Source of the DNA: Candidatus Latescibacterota bacterium
GTDB taxonomy: Bacteria > Latescibacterota > UBA2968
Length of the DNA: 64,000 bases
Direction of reading: 5' to 3'
Assembly (NCBI GenBank): GCA_965198115.1
Contig: OZ240241.1
Span: 4,352,001-4,416,000, forward strand
Each line of letters starts with the position of its first letter. Position 1 is the first letter of the stretch. Below are positions 39,505 to 49,794 of this stretch, one piece after another. The notes beneath the pieces were generated by a model, which worked only from the letters and a program-made list of their open reading frames with translations, ran no database searches and was not told the DNA's origin. A program made the translations under genes and the position numbers.

Positions 39505-39855
39505 ATGACGACGGAAACGGCTACGCTCTGGGACAGAATCAAACAGAGCCTCCTCGACAGCGCCACCGTCGCGGCTGAGAAGGCTGAGTATCTCGGCAGG
39601 GTCGGCCGCGCACGGCTCGACATCGCCGAAACACGGAACGCGATCAGAGACGCGTTAGCCGATTTGGGTGGAAACGTCTACGGCGGAATCCAGTCCGGCG
39701 ATGGGAACAGCGTCCTCGAATCCGAGGCCGTTCACACCCTCGTCGCGAAGATCGGCGACCTCGAACAGGAGCTCAAGTCTCGTGAGGACACCCTTAGCGA
39801 TCTTCGAGCGACTGAGGAGGGTGCGCCCGACGAGGCGCCCGATACCGAGGCCTGA
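39505..39855 (+). CDS. Hypothetical coiled-coil protein
   Basis: LWDRIKQSL..A...AEKAE...RARLDI...LGGNVY...IGDLEQEL; GGAG RBS before ATG 39505. Confidence 0.7.
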   Translation: MTTETATLWDRIKQSLLDSATVAAEKAEYLGRVGRARLDIAETRNAIRDALADLGGNVYGGIQSGDGNSVLESEAVHTLVAKIGDLEQELKSREDTLSDLRATEEGAPDEAPDTEA

Positions 39856-41181
39856 GCGGAGTGCCATCGCGTGGGGTGCCGCGGCGCTGGCTGTTTCGGT
39901 CGCCGCACCCGCCCACGAGATCGACCGCTCGATCGCCGACATCGTCGATCGCGTTCGGCCCAGCGTCGTCAGCATCTCGGTGACCCGATCGCGTGGGAGC
40001 GAATTTGCCTGGGGCCCCGAACGGGGTGGCACCGTTCGGCAAACACCCTCGACACGCGGCTTCGGATCGGGTATTGTCCTCGATGTCGATGGTAGAATCC
40101 TGACCAACCGCCACGTCGTCAACGAAGCGGTCACGATCCAGGTCGGATTCACCGATGGACGACGAGTGAACGGCCGGCTGGTCGGACAGGACTCGGAAAC
40201 CGATCTGGCGGTACTGCAGATCGACCGGGCGGACCTTTCAAACGATCATATCGCCCTACTCGGCGATTCCGATAGCCTCCGTGTCGGCGATTGGGTCATC
40301 GCCTTCGGCAGCCCGTTCGGGTATCATCATACCGTCAGTGTCGGAGTCGTGAGCGCAACGGGGCGGCAACTCGATTCGATCGAACGGGACCACCCAACAC
40401 CGTTTCACAGCTTTATCCAGACTGACGCCGCCATCAACCCCGGAAACAGCGGCGGACCCCTGATCGACACATCAGGGCGCGTCGTGGGCATCAACACCGC
40501 CTACAACCCGGGCGCACCAGGCATCGCGTTCGCCATCCCGATCAACCTGGCCGCGCGGGTCGCTGGCAAACTGACCACAGCGGGGCGTGTTTCCCGAGGC
40601 TATCTCGGGATCGTTCCGCAGGACCTCGACGCCGAACTGGCGGAAGCCCTGAGCCTGGCCGAAATCTCGGGCCTCCTCATCGCCGATGTGAGGCCCGATG
40701 GACCAGAGGATCAGGCGGGGTTGTCCCAAGGCGATGTCCTCGTCAAACTGGGTGCGCGGTCGATTGCCACCGTCGCCGACTACGGCGCCGTGCTCGCAGA
40801 ATTGTCACCAGGTGAGCAGCAACGACCCTCAGAGTCACACCGACCGACAGACCCGACAAGCTTGGAGTGCCCCGCGAAGACGCGCTCAGAGCAGGAGACA
40901 GGCTGGGTCTCGAAGTCGCCAACCGCTGGAGCCTGGAGGCGGGGCGGCTCGGGGCGGCAAAAGCTGGATAGGGCGTCATCGTCAGCTACGTCGCCCCGGG
41001 GAGCACAGCGGACCAAAAGGAACTGAAGAAAGGCGACGCGATTCTTGAGATGGCCGGCGTGGGCATCTGGCGCAAAGACGACTATCGTTCCGCCTTAGAA
41101 AAGATGACCGACAGCCCCGTGCTCGTCCTGATCAGACCCCGGGGCCAGAAGACAACACGATACGTCGCACTCGTGTATTAG
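39821..41181 (+). pseudogene. DegP/HtrA serine protease with disrupted PDZ region
   Basis: GSG, LTNRHVV, DLAVL, FIQTDAAINPGNSGGPL are intact; frame break near 40815; second PDZ in another frame with in-frame TAG at 40969-40971; start uncertain. Confidence 0.72.
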
Positions 41182-41501
41182 TCGTTTCACCGATTTCAAC
41201 CGATAGAGTCACAGGATCCCGGACCCCTTCCGGTCCCACAGGCAAGTCACCGGCGTAACGAGGCACGGTTCCTCGCGGGCCCGCGATATGGCGCAGAGAG
41301 GCGCAAACGATGCGGGGGCACAAGCGCGAGGACGGTCTTCGAAACGTCGCTGACACGCACATCAGGAGGTAAGCCTACATGTAAGACTCCCCGACGACGG
41401 TTACAGCCATACTCATCCACCACGCAGTTCTCTCGTCCCGAACCCGCAGGTCTCGGGCCCACAGCGCCATCCCCACGGTGCTAACAAGGAGTGGCTGACG
41501 A

Positions 41502-42359
41502 GTGTCAAAACTGTCGAAGAAGCCTTACGCACGCGAAGATGAATCCCTCGATCAATATCTCCAGGAGATCGGGGAAGTAGACCTCCTCACAGCCGACGAA
41601 GAGGTCACACTGGCAAAACGAATCAAAAAGGGCGATCAGGACGCCCTGGAAAAGCTCACGAAAGCCAACCTCCGGTTCGTCGTGAGTGTTGCCAAGCAGT
41701 ACCAGAATCAGGGCCTCTCTATGGGGGACCTCATCAACGAGGGCAACCTCGGCCTGATCAAAGCCGCCAAGCGATTCGACGAGACGAAAGGCTTCAAATT
41801 CATCTCATACGCCGTCTGGTGGATCCGTCAGGCCATCCTGCAGGCTCTGGCGGAACAATCCCGCATCGTCCGACTGCCTCTCAACAGGGTGGGCGCGCTC
41901 CATAAAATTGGAAAAGCCTCGAGCGGCCTCGAGCAGGAGTTCGGTCGCGAGCCCAGCCCTGGCGAAATAGCCGATGAACTGGACATGACCGACTACGAGG
42001 TCATGGACACACTCAAGATCTCCAGCCGTCATCTTTCGCTCGACGCACCCTTCAACGAGGGCGAAGACAACAGTCTCCTCGATGTCCTGGACGATCCCGA
42101 ACAGCTCGACCCCGACGAACCCCTCCTCGACGATTCTCTCAAGCGCGAAATCGAAAAAGCCCTCGCCACACTCACCCCTCGTGAAGCCGAAGTCATCAGC
42201 CTCTACTTCGGCATCAACCGTGAGCATTCCCTCACGCTCGAGGAAATCGGTGAACGGTTCGGGCTCACGCGCGAAAGGGTTCGCCAGATCAAGGAGAAAG
42301 CGATCTCGAGACTGCGCCACAACTCACGCAGCCGTCCCCTCAAGTCGTATCTCCACTGA
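41502..42359 (+). CDS. RNA polymerase sigma-70 factor, short RpoD/SigA type lacking region 1.1
   Basis: [49 protein letters not shown]...LTRERVRQI. Confidence 0.93.
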   Translation: MSKLSKKPYAREDESLDQYLQEIGEVDLLTADEEVTLAKRIKKGDQDALEKLTKANLRFVVSVAKQYQNQGLSMGDLINEGNLGLIKAAKRFDETKGFKFISYAVWWIRQAILQALAEQSRIVRLPLNRVGALHKIGKASSGLEQEFGREPSPGEIADELDMTDYEVMDTLKISSRHLSLDAPFNEGEDNSLLDVLDDPEQLDPDEPLLDDSLKREIEKALATLTPREAEVISLYFGINREHSLTLEEIGERFGLTRERVRQIKEKAISRLRHNSRSRPLKSYLH

Positions 42360-42378
42360 TCGACTGAACACCCCAACG

Positions 42379-42418
42379 AAAAAGGCCATCGGGTAAGTCC
42401 GGTGGCCTTTCGTTTTTT
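42379..42418 (+). terminator. Intrinsic terminator
   Basis: AAAGGCCATCGGG-TAAG-TCCGGTGGCCTTT followed by a T-tract. Confidence 0.8.
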
Positions 42419-42533
42419 CGATGCCTATCCACGTGTCATCAGGCCGCGGTTCTACCCCTGAGACAACGCGAGTGCTTGAACCTAATTTTAATTTTTTCAA
42501 TAGTTTATTTTGATTTCGACAAGCCTTTCACTA

Positions 42534-42562
42534 TTGACCATGAGGGCCAAAACCCTTACTTT
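42534..42562 (+). promoter_or_regulatory. Putative sigma70 promoter
   Basis: TTGACC-17 nt-TACTTT downstream of an AT-rich tract. Confidence 0.5.
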
Positions 42563-42660
42563 ACGGCGTCTTTCGCCTCGCTCGAGGCCGTGAACCTGGC
42601 GGGACTCTGACGTGTATCATTTGACGACGGAGACCGCCGCAATCCAACTGGAGGATTCGT

Positions 42661-42906
42661 ATGCCCCGGACACGTCTGTCCAACGCCCTGCTCTTCGTCG
42701 TTGCCGTGCTGCTGGCCGCCAACCTGGTGCGCCCCCTGTTCGAGACCACCCCCGCCTACGCAGATTCTCACGAGGGCGGCGACATGGCTTTAACCGGAAG
42801 CGGCGTCAGTGCCTTCTTGGTCAAGAACAATCAGGTCTACTACATCAAGTTCGAGACACAGTTCGAGTCGATCCGGATCTACGGACCTGAAGAAATAGAG
42901 GAATAG
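42661..42906 (+). CDS. Small hypothetical exported or membrane-anchored protein
   Basis: GGAGG RBS; hydrophobic N-terminus LSNALLFVVAVLLAANL...PAYA. Confidence 0.7.
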   Translation: MPRTRLSNALLFVVAVLLAANLVRPLFETTPAYADSHEGGDMALTGSGVSAFLVKNNQVYYIKFETQFESIRIYGPEEIEE

Positions 42907-42935
42907 GTATTTTTTCGGAACCGAAGCCTAAGCCG

Positions 42936-44024
42936 TTGCCGGGCAACCTGAGCGTTTCCCGGCAACAGCTGTTACGCACGACCGTGAGCGACCGTCCAGA
43001 TTTCGAGTACACCGGCGCAATCCACATCCATTCTCGGTTTTCCGACGGATCGGGGTCGGTCGCGGACATCGTCGCTGCGGCCGCGGGAACGGGCGTCGAC
43101 TTCCTCGCCCTCACCGATCACAACACCGTCGAGGCCAGGGACGAAGGGTGGGAAGGGTGGAATGGAAACGTGCTGCTCCTGGTGGGAGACGAAGTGTCTT
43201 CTCGCCACGGCCACTGCCTTGCGCTGGGAACCGAAACACACGTCGAGCACCGACAGTCGGCATCCGGTGTCCTATCCGATATACGCGCTCAAGGCGGTCT
43301 GTCATTCATCGCCCACCCTCACGGCCGCTATCGGCCTCTTGTCCGGACCCGTGACCACTCCTGGCAAGACTGGTCGGCCGACGATTTCGTCGGACTCGAG
43401 CTATGGTCCTACATGTTCGATTGGGCGAGTTCTTTCCACTACTCACGCTTCGGAAAGCACTACCATAACCCGGACGAGTGCATTACCGGGCCCGAATCCG
43501 AAACGATCGAGCTGTGGGATCACCTCTGTAGCCGTCGCCGTGTCGTCGCCGTCGGCGGGGTCGACGTGCACGCTCGTCGCTTTGCCCCCTTGCCGTTCGT
43601 GGTATTCCCCTACCGCGACTGTTTTCGGACGGTGCGAACGCACGTGCTCACCGATCGTGCCCTCACCAGATCGGATGCGGAGGACATCGACACGATCCTT
43701 CAGCACCTCGGCGCAGGACACGTGTTCATCGCCTACGACCTGCTTGCCGAGGCGGGGGGCACGCGCTTCTGGGCGCCCGACCTCGACGCTGTCCTGGGAG
43801 ACGAGCGGTTGTATACGGGCCCGACGACACTCAAGCTGACTCTGCCTATCGAGGCGGATGTGACCATCCTGCGGGACGGTCGAAGCTGGCAGGTTTCTCA
43901 CGGGAGCAGCTGGGAGGGATCGGCTGACGGTCCGGGCGTCTATCGCGTCGGGGCGCGACTCCGTGGGCGACCGTGGCTCTACACCAACCCCATCTATCTC
44001 CGATCTGGGAACGAACAGACGTGA
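42936..44024 (+). CDS. PHP-domain metallohydrolase
   Basis: GAIHIHSRFSDGS, FLALTDHN, FIAHPH, VGGVDVH, YTNPIY; start uncertain. Confidence 0.82.
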   Translation: MPGNLSVSRQQLLRTTVSDRPDFEYTGAIHIHSRFSDGSGSVADIVAAAAGTGVDFLALTDHNTVEARDEGWEGWNGNVLLLVGDEVSSRHGHCLALGTETHVEHRQSASGVLSDIRAQGGLSFIAHPHGRYRPLVRTRDHSWQDWSADDFVGLELWSYMFDWASSFHYSRFGKHYHNPDECITGPESETIELWDHLCSRRRVVAVGGVDVHARRFAPLPFVVFPYRDCFRTVRTHVLTDRALTRSDAEDIDTILQHLGAGHVFIAYDLLAEAGGTRFWAPDLDAVLGDERLYTGPTTLKLTLPIEADVTILRDGRSWQVSHGSSWEGSADGPGVYRVGARLRGRPWLYTNPIYLRSGNEQT

Positions 44025-46540
44025 GTTTCACTCAAATCAACCGCATCGTCGGCGGCCTCGTTTTCGCCCTCACCCTGACGATCTACTTTCTGACCGTCGC
44101 CCCGACGGTCGCGTTCTGGGATTGCGGTGAATTCATCACCACGTCCTACATACTAGGCGTCCCACATCCACCCGGCGCCCCCTTCTACACGCTTCTCGGT
44201 CGCATCTTCAGCATGCTCGCCATCCTCGGCGACGAAATTGCACTGCGGGTCAATTTTCTGTCGGTCGCGTCGGGTGCGGTCACGGTCGCCCTCATCTACC
44301 TTTGCGTCGTCCGTCTGCTGGCTCAGTGGCTGGACCGCGACGATCCGACGCATCGTGTCGCCATCATCACGGGGGGTGTGGTATCCGCCCTGTCGGTCGC
44401 TTTCTCGACCTCCTTCTGGGCCAACTCATCCGAGGCCGAAGTCTACGGCCTTTCCATGACGATCACTCTGCTGGCCTACTGGCTCGCCCTTCGGTGGGAC
44501 GACGGGCACAAGAGCCTGGCGAGCGACCGGATGCTCATCCTGATCGCATATCTATTCGGTCTGGGTGCTGGCGTACATCTACAGGTGCTGCTGACGATCC
44601 CGGGCATCCTCATCCTCGTCTTCACCGATCTGATGGAGGACACTTCGGCTCCCCACCAGACGTGGGTTGCGAGCGGGCTCATCGGCTTCCCTCTCATCGC
44701 CATCTTCGCACCCACGTTCGTGACGGCCGTCGTCGCGGCCGGCCTGATCATCGCACTCATGCTGCTCCGCCCCGAGTGGCGGGCGCCGCTGTTCTGGATC
44801 GTCGGCACCGGCCTCGGTGTCTTGGGCGCGTTGGGGGCCGGCGCATCCGTGGACACCGTGATGACCCTCGGTCTGATGCTCGTCCTTTTCGTCCTGGCCT
44901 TTGTCCGCTGGCCCGCGATGCGGTCGACGCTCTCTCCCTTCTGGATCGCCGCACTCGTCACGGCCGGCCTCGGATTCTCGACTTACGTCGCATTGTCCGT
45001 GCGTTCCGGGCTGAACCCCCTGATCGACATGAACAACCCGGAATCGTGGGAAAATTTCAAAGCGTTCCTGGGCCGCCAGCAATACGGCACCCACAGCTCG
45101 TGGCCACGCAGGGGTGATTTTGGGTCCTACCAGCTGAACATCCACATCAAGTACTTCCTGCAACAGTTTCCGTTCTACGACAGCTTCGCCGCGACTTTCC
45201 GGCGGGCGGTGCCGAACTCGCAGACCGCCGAACAGATCCAGGTGTTCTCCATCATTCCCCTCCTGTTCGGTGCTGCGGGCATGGTCTACCATTGGCGGAA
45301 CGATTGGCGTCGGTTTGCTTCCGTTCTCTCCATGTTCACCCTCATGGGACTCGGGCTCGTCCTCTACCTCAACATGCCCGACCCCGAGCCCCGGGAGCGC
45401 GAATACATCTTCGTCGGTGCCTACACATTCTTCGGATTCTGGATGGGCATAGGGGCGGCCTGGCTCATCGTGAGTCTGACAGAATCGGCCACCACGCGGG
45501 CGGCAGTGCTGGGGGCCGCCGTTCTGGCGCTCTTGCTACCGGCCGGCATCCTGCAGAGCAACCTTTTTTCGCACGATCGCCGGGGTAACAAGATTCCCTA
45601 CGACTACGCCTACAACATCCTCCAGACCTGCGCTCCGAACGCAGTCCTCTTCACCAACGGGGACAACGATACCTATCCGCTTTGGTTTCTGCAGCACGTC
45701 GAAGGGGTAAGGACCGACGTCCGACTCGTCAACCTGAGTCTGATAAAAACCGCGTGGTACATCGAACAGCTCCGTGACCTGGAACCCAGAATCCCCGTAG
45801 GCTTGGCCGACTCCGAAATTCGCGAAAAGATGCTGCCCTACCCGTGGGAAGACCCTCGCGATATCGATGTGTCGGGGTTGCAGGTCAAAGCTGAAAACAT
45901 CCCCACGGCCGTGTATCGAACGACCGGGGGCAGACCCGTCGACGTCATCGAAGCACATTCGATCATGATCTGGTGGCTCGTCAGCAAGATCGACTGGCGC
46001 GGCGACAGACCGATCTACTTTGCTGTGACGGTACCGACAAGCAGCCAGGCCGGTCTCCGTCCCTACCTCTCGATGGAAGGGATGGCCTACCGGCTCGTCG
46101 ACAACCACGGGCCGGGGCAGTTCGACATCCTCAAAGCGGCCCAGAACCTCATGTCACAATACCGATACCGCGGCGTCAATGACGAAACCGTTTACAAAGA
46201 TCCCGTGGCGCGGCGCCTCCTCGGGAACTACCTGGTGCTGTTCGAGGGACTCGTGCAGGCTTTCGTGCAGATCGGACAGTATGGCAATGCGATGACCGCG
46301 CTCGCGTTCGCCGAGGCGAATATTCCCCCGCACGCTCTCGATGACGCGAGCATGTGGGTGCCGCTATCCTATCGCTACCGGGACATCGCTCTCGGATTCC
46401 ACGAGGCCGGAAAGACCGACAGTGCGGTGGTCGCGCTCGAACGTTTGATCAATCTCAACCCCAACATCGCGAACGCCGATGAGGTCGGAACCATCATCGA
46501 CGCGTGGCGTTCCGAAGCGGACTCCCTCATCCTGCCGTAG
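44021..46540 (+). CDS. DUF2723 / TMEM260-like GT-C membrane protein
   Basis: APTVAFWDCGEFI..SY.LGVPHPPGAPFY, EAEVY, NNPE, LGRQQYG, PREREY, LFTNGDNDTYPLW. Confidence 0.85.
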   Translation: MSFTQINRIVGGLVFALTLTIYFLTVAPTVAFWDCGEFITTSYILGVPHPPGAPFYTLLGRIFSMLAILGDEIALRVNFLSVASGAVTVALIYLCVVRLLAQWLDRDDPTHRVAIITGGVVSALSVAFSTSFWANSSEAEVYGLSMTITLLAYWLALRWDDGHKSLASDRMLILIAYLFGLGAGVHLQVLLTIPGILILVFTDLMEDTSAPHQTWVASGLIGFPLIAIFAPTFVTAVVAAGLIIALMLLRPEWRAPLFWIVGTGLGVLGALGAGASVDTVMTLGLMLVLFVLAFVRWPAMRSTLSPFWIAALVTAGLGFSTYVALSVRSGLNPLIDMNNPESWENFKAFLGRQQYGTHSSWPRRGDFGSYQLNIHIKYFLQQFPFYDSFAATFRRAVPNSQTAEQIQVFSIIPLLFGAAGMVYHWRNDWRRFASVLSMFTLMGLGLVLYLNMPDPEPREREYIFVGAYTFFGFWMGIGAAWLIVSLTESATTRAAVLGAAVLALLLPAGILQSNLFSHDRRGNKIPYDYAYNILQTCAPNAVLFTNGDNDTYPLWFLQHVEGVRTDVRLVNLSLIKTAWYIEQLRDLEPRIPVGLADSEIREKMLPYPWEDPRDIDVSGLQVKAENIPTAVYRTTGGRPVDVIEAHSIMIWWLVSKIDWRGDRPIYFAVTVPTSSQAGLRPYLSMEGMAYRLVDNHGPGQFDILKAAQNLMSQYRYRGVNDETVYKDPVARRLLGNYLVLFEGLVQAFVQIGQYGNAMTALAFAEANIPPHALDDASMWVPLSYRYRDIALGFHEAGKTDSAVVALERLINLNPNIANADEVGTIIDAWRSEADSLILP

Positions 46541-46565
46541 CCACGTAGCAATCACCCTCAAAGAC

Positions 46566-46599
46566 AAAGGCTGACCACACGCAACGCTGGCCAGCCTTT
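46566..46599. terminator. Probable terminator between convergent genes
   Basis: AAAGGCTGACCA...TGGCCAGCCTTT hairpin. Confidence 0.55.
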
Positions 46600-46705
46600 C
46601 CTCTTCTGGTCCGTCCCCTTGTTCTCCGCCTTGGCCTTTCTGTCAGCGCGGCCGTGGATCAACCCCGACCACGTCGAAGGGGCTGCTCCTGCGTCTGCGA
46701 TCACA

Positions 46706-47380
46706 TCACGCAACGACGACCGGCAACCGCCGAACACGTCGTCGCATCAGCAGAAACCCCACCACGAACCCGCCGATGTGCGCATACCACGCCACACCCC
46801 CACCACCGACGGAGGCGTTCAAGATTTGACCGATAAACCAGATCCCCAAAACGATAACGGCAGGTATGCGGACAATCTGCACAAAGAAAAAGAGGAAGAT
46901 CAGTGTATGTACGCGAGCACCCGGATAGGCCGCCACGTAGGCCCCGAGGACGCCCGCGATGGCTCCGCTCGCACCAACCAGAGGGATCGTCGAGTCCGGT
47001 CCCGTCACAACGTGGGCAAGTGACGCCGCAACGCCACAGAATAGATAGAAAACCAAAAACCGTACGTGCCCCAGTGCGTCCTCGATGTTGTTCCCAAAGA
47101 TCCACAGATACAGCATATTCCCGGCAAGATGAAGCCACCCCCCGTGCAGAAACAGAGAAGTGATCAACGTCGCATAGAGCGGTATCGGCGTGGGCGAGAC
47201 GGCATCGACCGCACGGGTCACTTCGAACGGCACGGCGCCGAAGCTCGACGTGAACGCGTCGAATCCGGTCGGACCCAGAAGCTTCGCATACACGAAAATC
47301 ACGACATTCGCCAAAAGGATCGTGGTCACGAACAGCGGAACTCGACGGGTCGGATTGTCGTCTCGAATGGGCAGCAGCAT
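46706..47380 (-). CDS. Rhomboid family intramembrane serine protease
   Basis: LPIRDDNP, FLHGGWLHLAGNMLYLWIFGNNIED, GASGAIAG, VAWYAHIGGF. Confidence 0.92.
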   Translation of the reverse strand: MLLPIRDDNPTRRVPLFVTTILLANVVIFVYAKLLGPTGFDAFTSSFGAVPFEVTRAVDAVSPTPIPLYATLITSLFLHGGWLHLAGNMLYLWIFGNNIEDALGHVRFLVFYLFCGVAASLAHVVTGPDSTIPLVGASGAIAGVLGAYVAAYPGARVHTLIFLFFFVQIVRIPAVIVLGIWFIGQILNASVGGGGVAWYAHIGGFVVGFLLMRRRVRRLPVVVA

Positions 47381-47491
47381 GGATCACACTCGTTGCGGGT
47401 GGCGCTTTTCTCCCAGGTTTGATGCTTTAATGGGGCGATCTGTTTCCCGTTTTGCTGGATCCAATCTAGCAGGCCGGCGTGAAGGATCCGC

Positions 47492-49537
47492 TCATTCTCC
47501 CCCCACGATAAACCGTCTTGTCTCCGACGACTCGTTGCCACAGACATCTCGGACCCTGACCGTCCATTCGTGAGGCCCCGCGATGAGCGGAGCGCGAAGA
47601 ATCCCCTTGGCAATCTCCCCTTCGGGGTCGTATTCGAAGATCAGCGTCTGGCCGTCCATCGTCATCGCGATCAGCTCCTCCATCGGGATGCCCGACAGCG
47701 AGTCGTGCAGCGCCACAGAAATCTCGGGCACGGGCTCGACGCGTTCGCCCTCACCCGGCACCAGACGCGCCAGGACAGGAGGCTCGTCATCGCGGACCAC
47801 CGCATACGTGGAGAAGTGCCATACACCCGCCCACACGGTCCCCCGCTCGTGGTCCACATCGTTCCACACGAAGGTCCAGCCCTGGTCCGTCCACTCGTAA
47901 ACACCCAGCTTCTCGGGAGCGGGTGTCGCCTCGGGAATGCGGAAATGTATCTGGACCATCTCGCGGAAGGGGATGGTCGCGGGCTCGAATCGGTAGGCGC
48001 GACTGACCGGCACCACACCGGCCGAGTCGGCAATTACAGTCGAGTCGACCCTCACCTGTGCGAAGAACGGGGCATACACGCTACTCGGCGGCACGATGGT
48101 CCGCGCAATCCCGTCGTCGGAAGCCACTTCGCCGCCATCCCGGCCGATCGCCGTCGGACTCAGCGCGAATCGGCCGGAGGCTTCCGATCCGTCGGAAAGC
48201 GATGCGGTCACGTCCAACGTCAGCGAAGACCCCCAGGCAAGATCGATCGGAATGTGTGCGGTGTGGTCATCGACCAGCACCGCGCGAGGCTGCGTGCTCG
48301 ACTCTCGAAGACCCACGCGTGGGGGCCCGGTCATCGATTTCGAAGTCTCGACGGACATCACGACGTGGCGCGCATAGTGAATCGGTCTTAACGAAAGCGG
48401 AAACCGCGAGTCGGCCGCTCCCGAATCTGCAAAAACGGGCGTCGGGGAACGGCGTTCTACCACGATCGGAATGTGGACGATCGAGCTGTTGCCGTTCGCG
48501 TCCTCCGCGACGACGGCGAGGTCGTGGTCCCCTTCGTTCAATGCCGTGTCCAACCCTCGACCCACGGTTCCGGCCGACAGAATGCCGGCACCGGGTTCCA
48601 TATCGGGATGATCGCCTCCGTAGATCCCGAGGTTGTTTCCGGGCAGCAGATAGAGGTTGTGGAATCCTTTTCGACCGCTTCGCGTCAGGTAAAAGTTTCG
48701 ATCGAGGTCCACTCGTCTGATCTGGGCATAGGTGAAGGCGCTGTAGGTGGTCCGAAAGAGCTCACGACCTCCGGCCACGAGCCTGATTCGGTAGGGCGCA
48801 AGCCTGTTCGTGAGGGCCGAGGCATCGGCACGGTCGAAGATGTTGATCGCCAAGCCGAAACGTCCCCACAGGGACAGGCGTTGCGTCAAAAAACGACCGG
48901 ACCCCTCGTCCCACCTCACGGGCAGAACGCGTGTGTCCGCGCCGGACCCGATGCGCGTGGACACGTCCATCGGAATAAAGGCCACCGACACGGGTGTCGG
49001 CGAAATCGTGTCCGCCACGCCGAATCCGTTGGTCAGGGGATTCAGCGGCTCCTCGCCATACTGCCCGTCCCGGATCTCGAAGTGTAGATGCGGGTATCCC
49101 GATCCGGTCGACCCGCTGAACGCAATCACCTGGCCTCGCTTCACCGGGAGCCGGTCCGCCTGAAGGTAAACGTTGACGCTGTAGGCCCCTCTGCGGTCCT
49201 GTTCTGCTGCAACCACGCGTTCGATCGGCGAGCTGAACCTGGAGAGATGTGCGTAAACGGCGGTCCTACCGTCGGCCAGACGGACGTAGAGCGCCCTGCC
49301 GTAGCCCCACGGCGAAGTCCGAACCCTCCATACGTAGCCGTCAGCTACGGCAACACAGGGGATACCCTCCTTACCCCAGGTTTTGATGTCCAACCCGGCG
49401 TGGAATCTACCGGACCGGTATTCTGCATACGTGGAGGTTAGGGCGGGAGCCAGATCGAGCGGCCAGTCATAACGATCATCCGCCGATACGTGGGCAGGTA
49501 GGACGAGGAGAGCGGCAAGAGTCAGGCAAACAGTCAC
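47492..49537 (-). CDS. M23 family metallopeptidase
   Basis: EYRSGRFHAGLD, YAHL, SGSTGSGYPHLHFEIR...PLNP. Confidence 0.88.
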   Translation of the reverse strand: MTVCLTLAALLVLPAHVSADDRYDWPLDLAPALTSTYAEYRSGRFHAGLDIKTWGKEGIPCVAVADGYVWRVRTSPWGYGRALYVRLADGRTAVYAHLSRFSSPIERVVAAEQDRRGAYSVNVYLQADRLPVKRGQVIAFSGSTGSGYPHLHFEIRDGQYGEEPLNPLTNGFGVADTISPTPVSVAFIPMDVSTRIGSGADTRVLPVRWDEGSGRFLTQRLSLWGRFGLAINIFDRADASALTNRLAPYRIRLVAGGRELFRTTYSAFTYAQIRRVDLDRNFYLTRSGRKGFHNLYLLPGNNLGIYGGDHPDMEPGAGILSAGTVGRGLDTALNEGDHDLAVVAEDANGNSSIVHIPIVVERRSPTPVFADSGAADSRFPLSLRPIHYARHVVMSVETSKSMTGPPRVGLRESSTQPRAVLVDDHTAHIPIDLAWGSSLTLDVTASLSDGSEASGRFALSPTAIGRDGGEVASDDGIARTIVPPSSVYAPFFAQVRVDSTVIADSAGVVPVSRAYRFEPATIPFREMVQIHFRIPEATPAPEKLGVYEWTDQGWTFVWNDVDHERGTVWAGVWHFSTYAVVRDDEPPVLARLVPGEGERVEPVPEISVALHDSLSGIPMEELIAMTMDGQTLIFEYDPEGEIAKGILRAPLIAGPHEWTVRVRDVCGNESSETRRFIVGGE

Positions 49538-49572
49538 GTAAGTCCTTTGAGAATCCGCTAGTTATTCGAGCG

Positions 49573-49602
49573 AGTATAGGGCCCTTTTCCTTACCGGGTC
49601 AA
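49573..49602 (-). promoter_or_regulatory. Putative sigma70 promoter of the M23 gene
   Basis: TTGACC-18 nt-TATACT on the minus strand. Confidence 0.55.
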
Positions 49603-49676
49603 GCAGCCCGAATCATTCACCCGAGTCGGAAGCCAAAAAAACCTTGATCGCCAAAAACCTTCACTATACATTTGAA

Positions 49677-49689
49677 AATCAACAACTTG
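49677..49689 (+). promoter_or_regulatory. IHF-consensus site in divergent promoter region
   Basis: AATCAACAACTTG matches WATCAANNNNTTR. Confidence 0.35.
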
Positions 49690-49794
49690 AGACTGGTTTT
49701 CTCTGCACGGTTTCCCTTCTCACCCGCTGATCCCGCCGAGCTTCCCCTCCCTGCAGGCAGCTGGGTTATCCCGATCGAAAGGACTCGTAGGAGC

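Noticed and set aside
40969-40971. Pyrrolysine or amber read-through in degP
   Set aside because: It lies downstream of a separate frame break, TAG terminates other genes here, and no pyl genes are visible
41182-41501. Possible ncRNA upstream of the sigma gene
   Set aside because: 320-bp intergenic region with only short palindromes; no RNA family recognisable by eye, an Rfam search is needed
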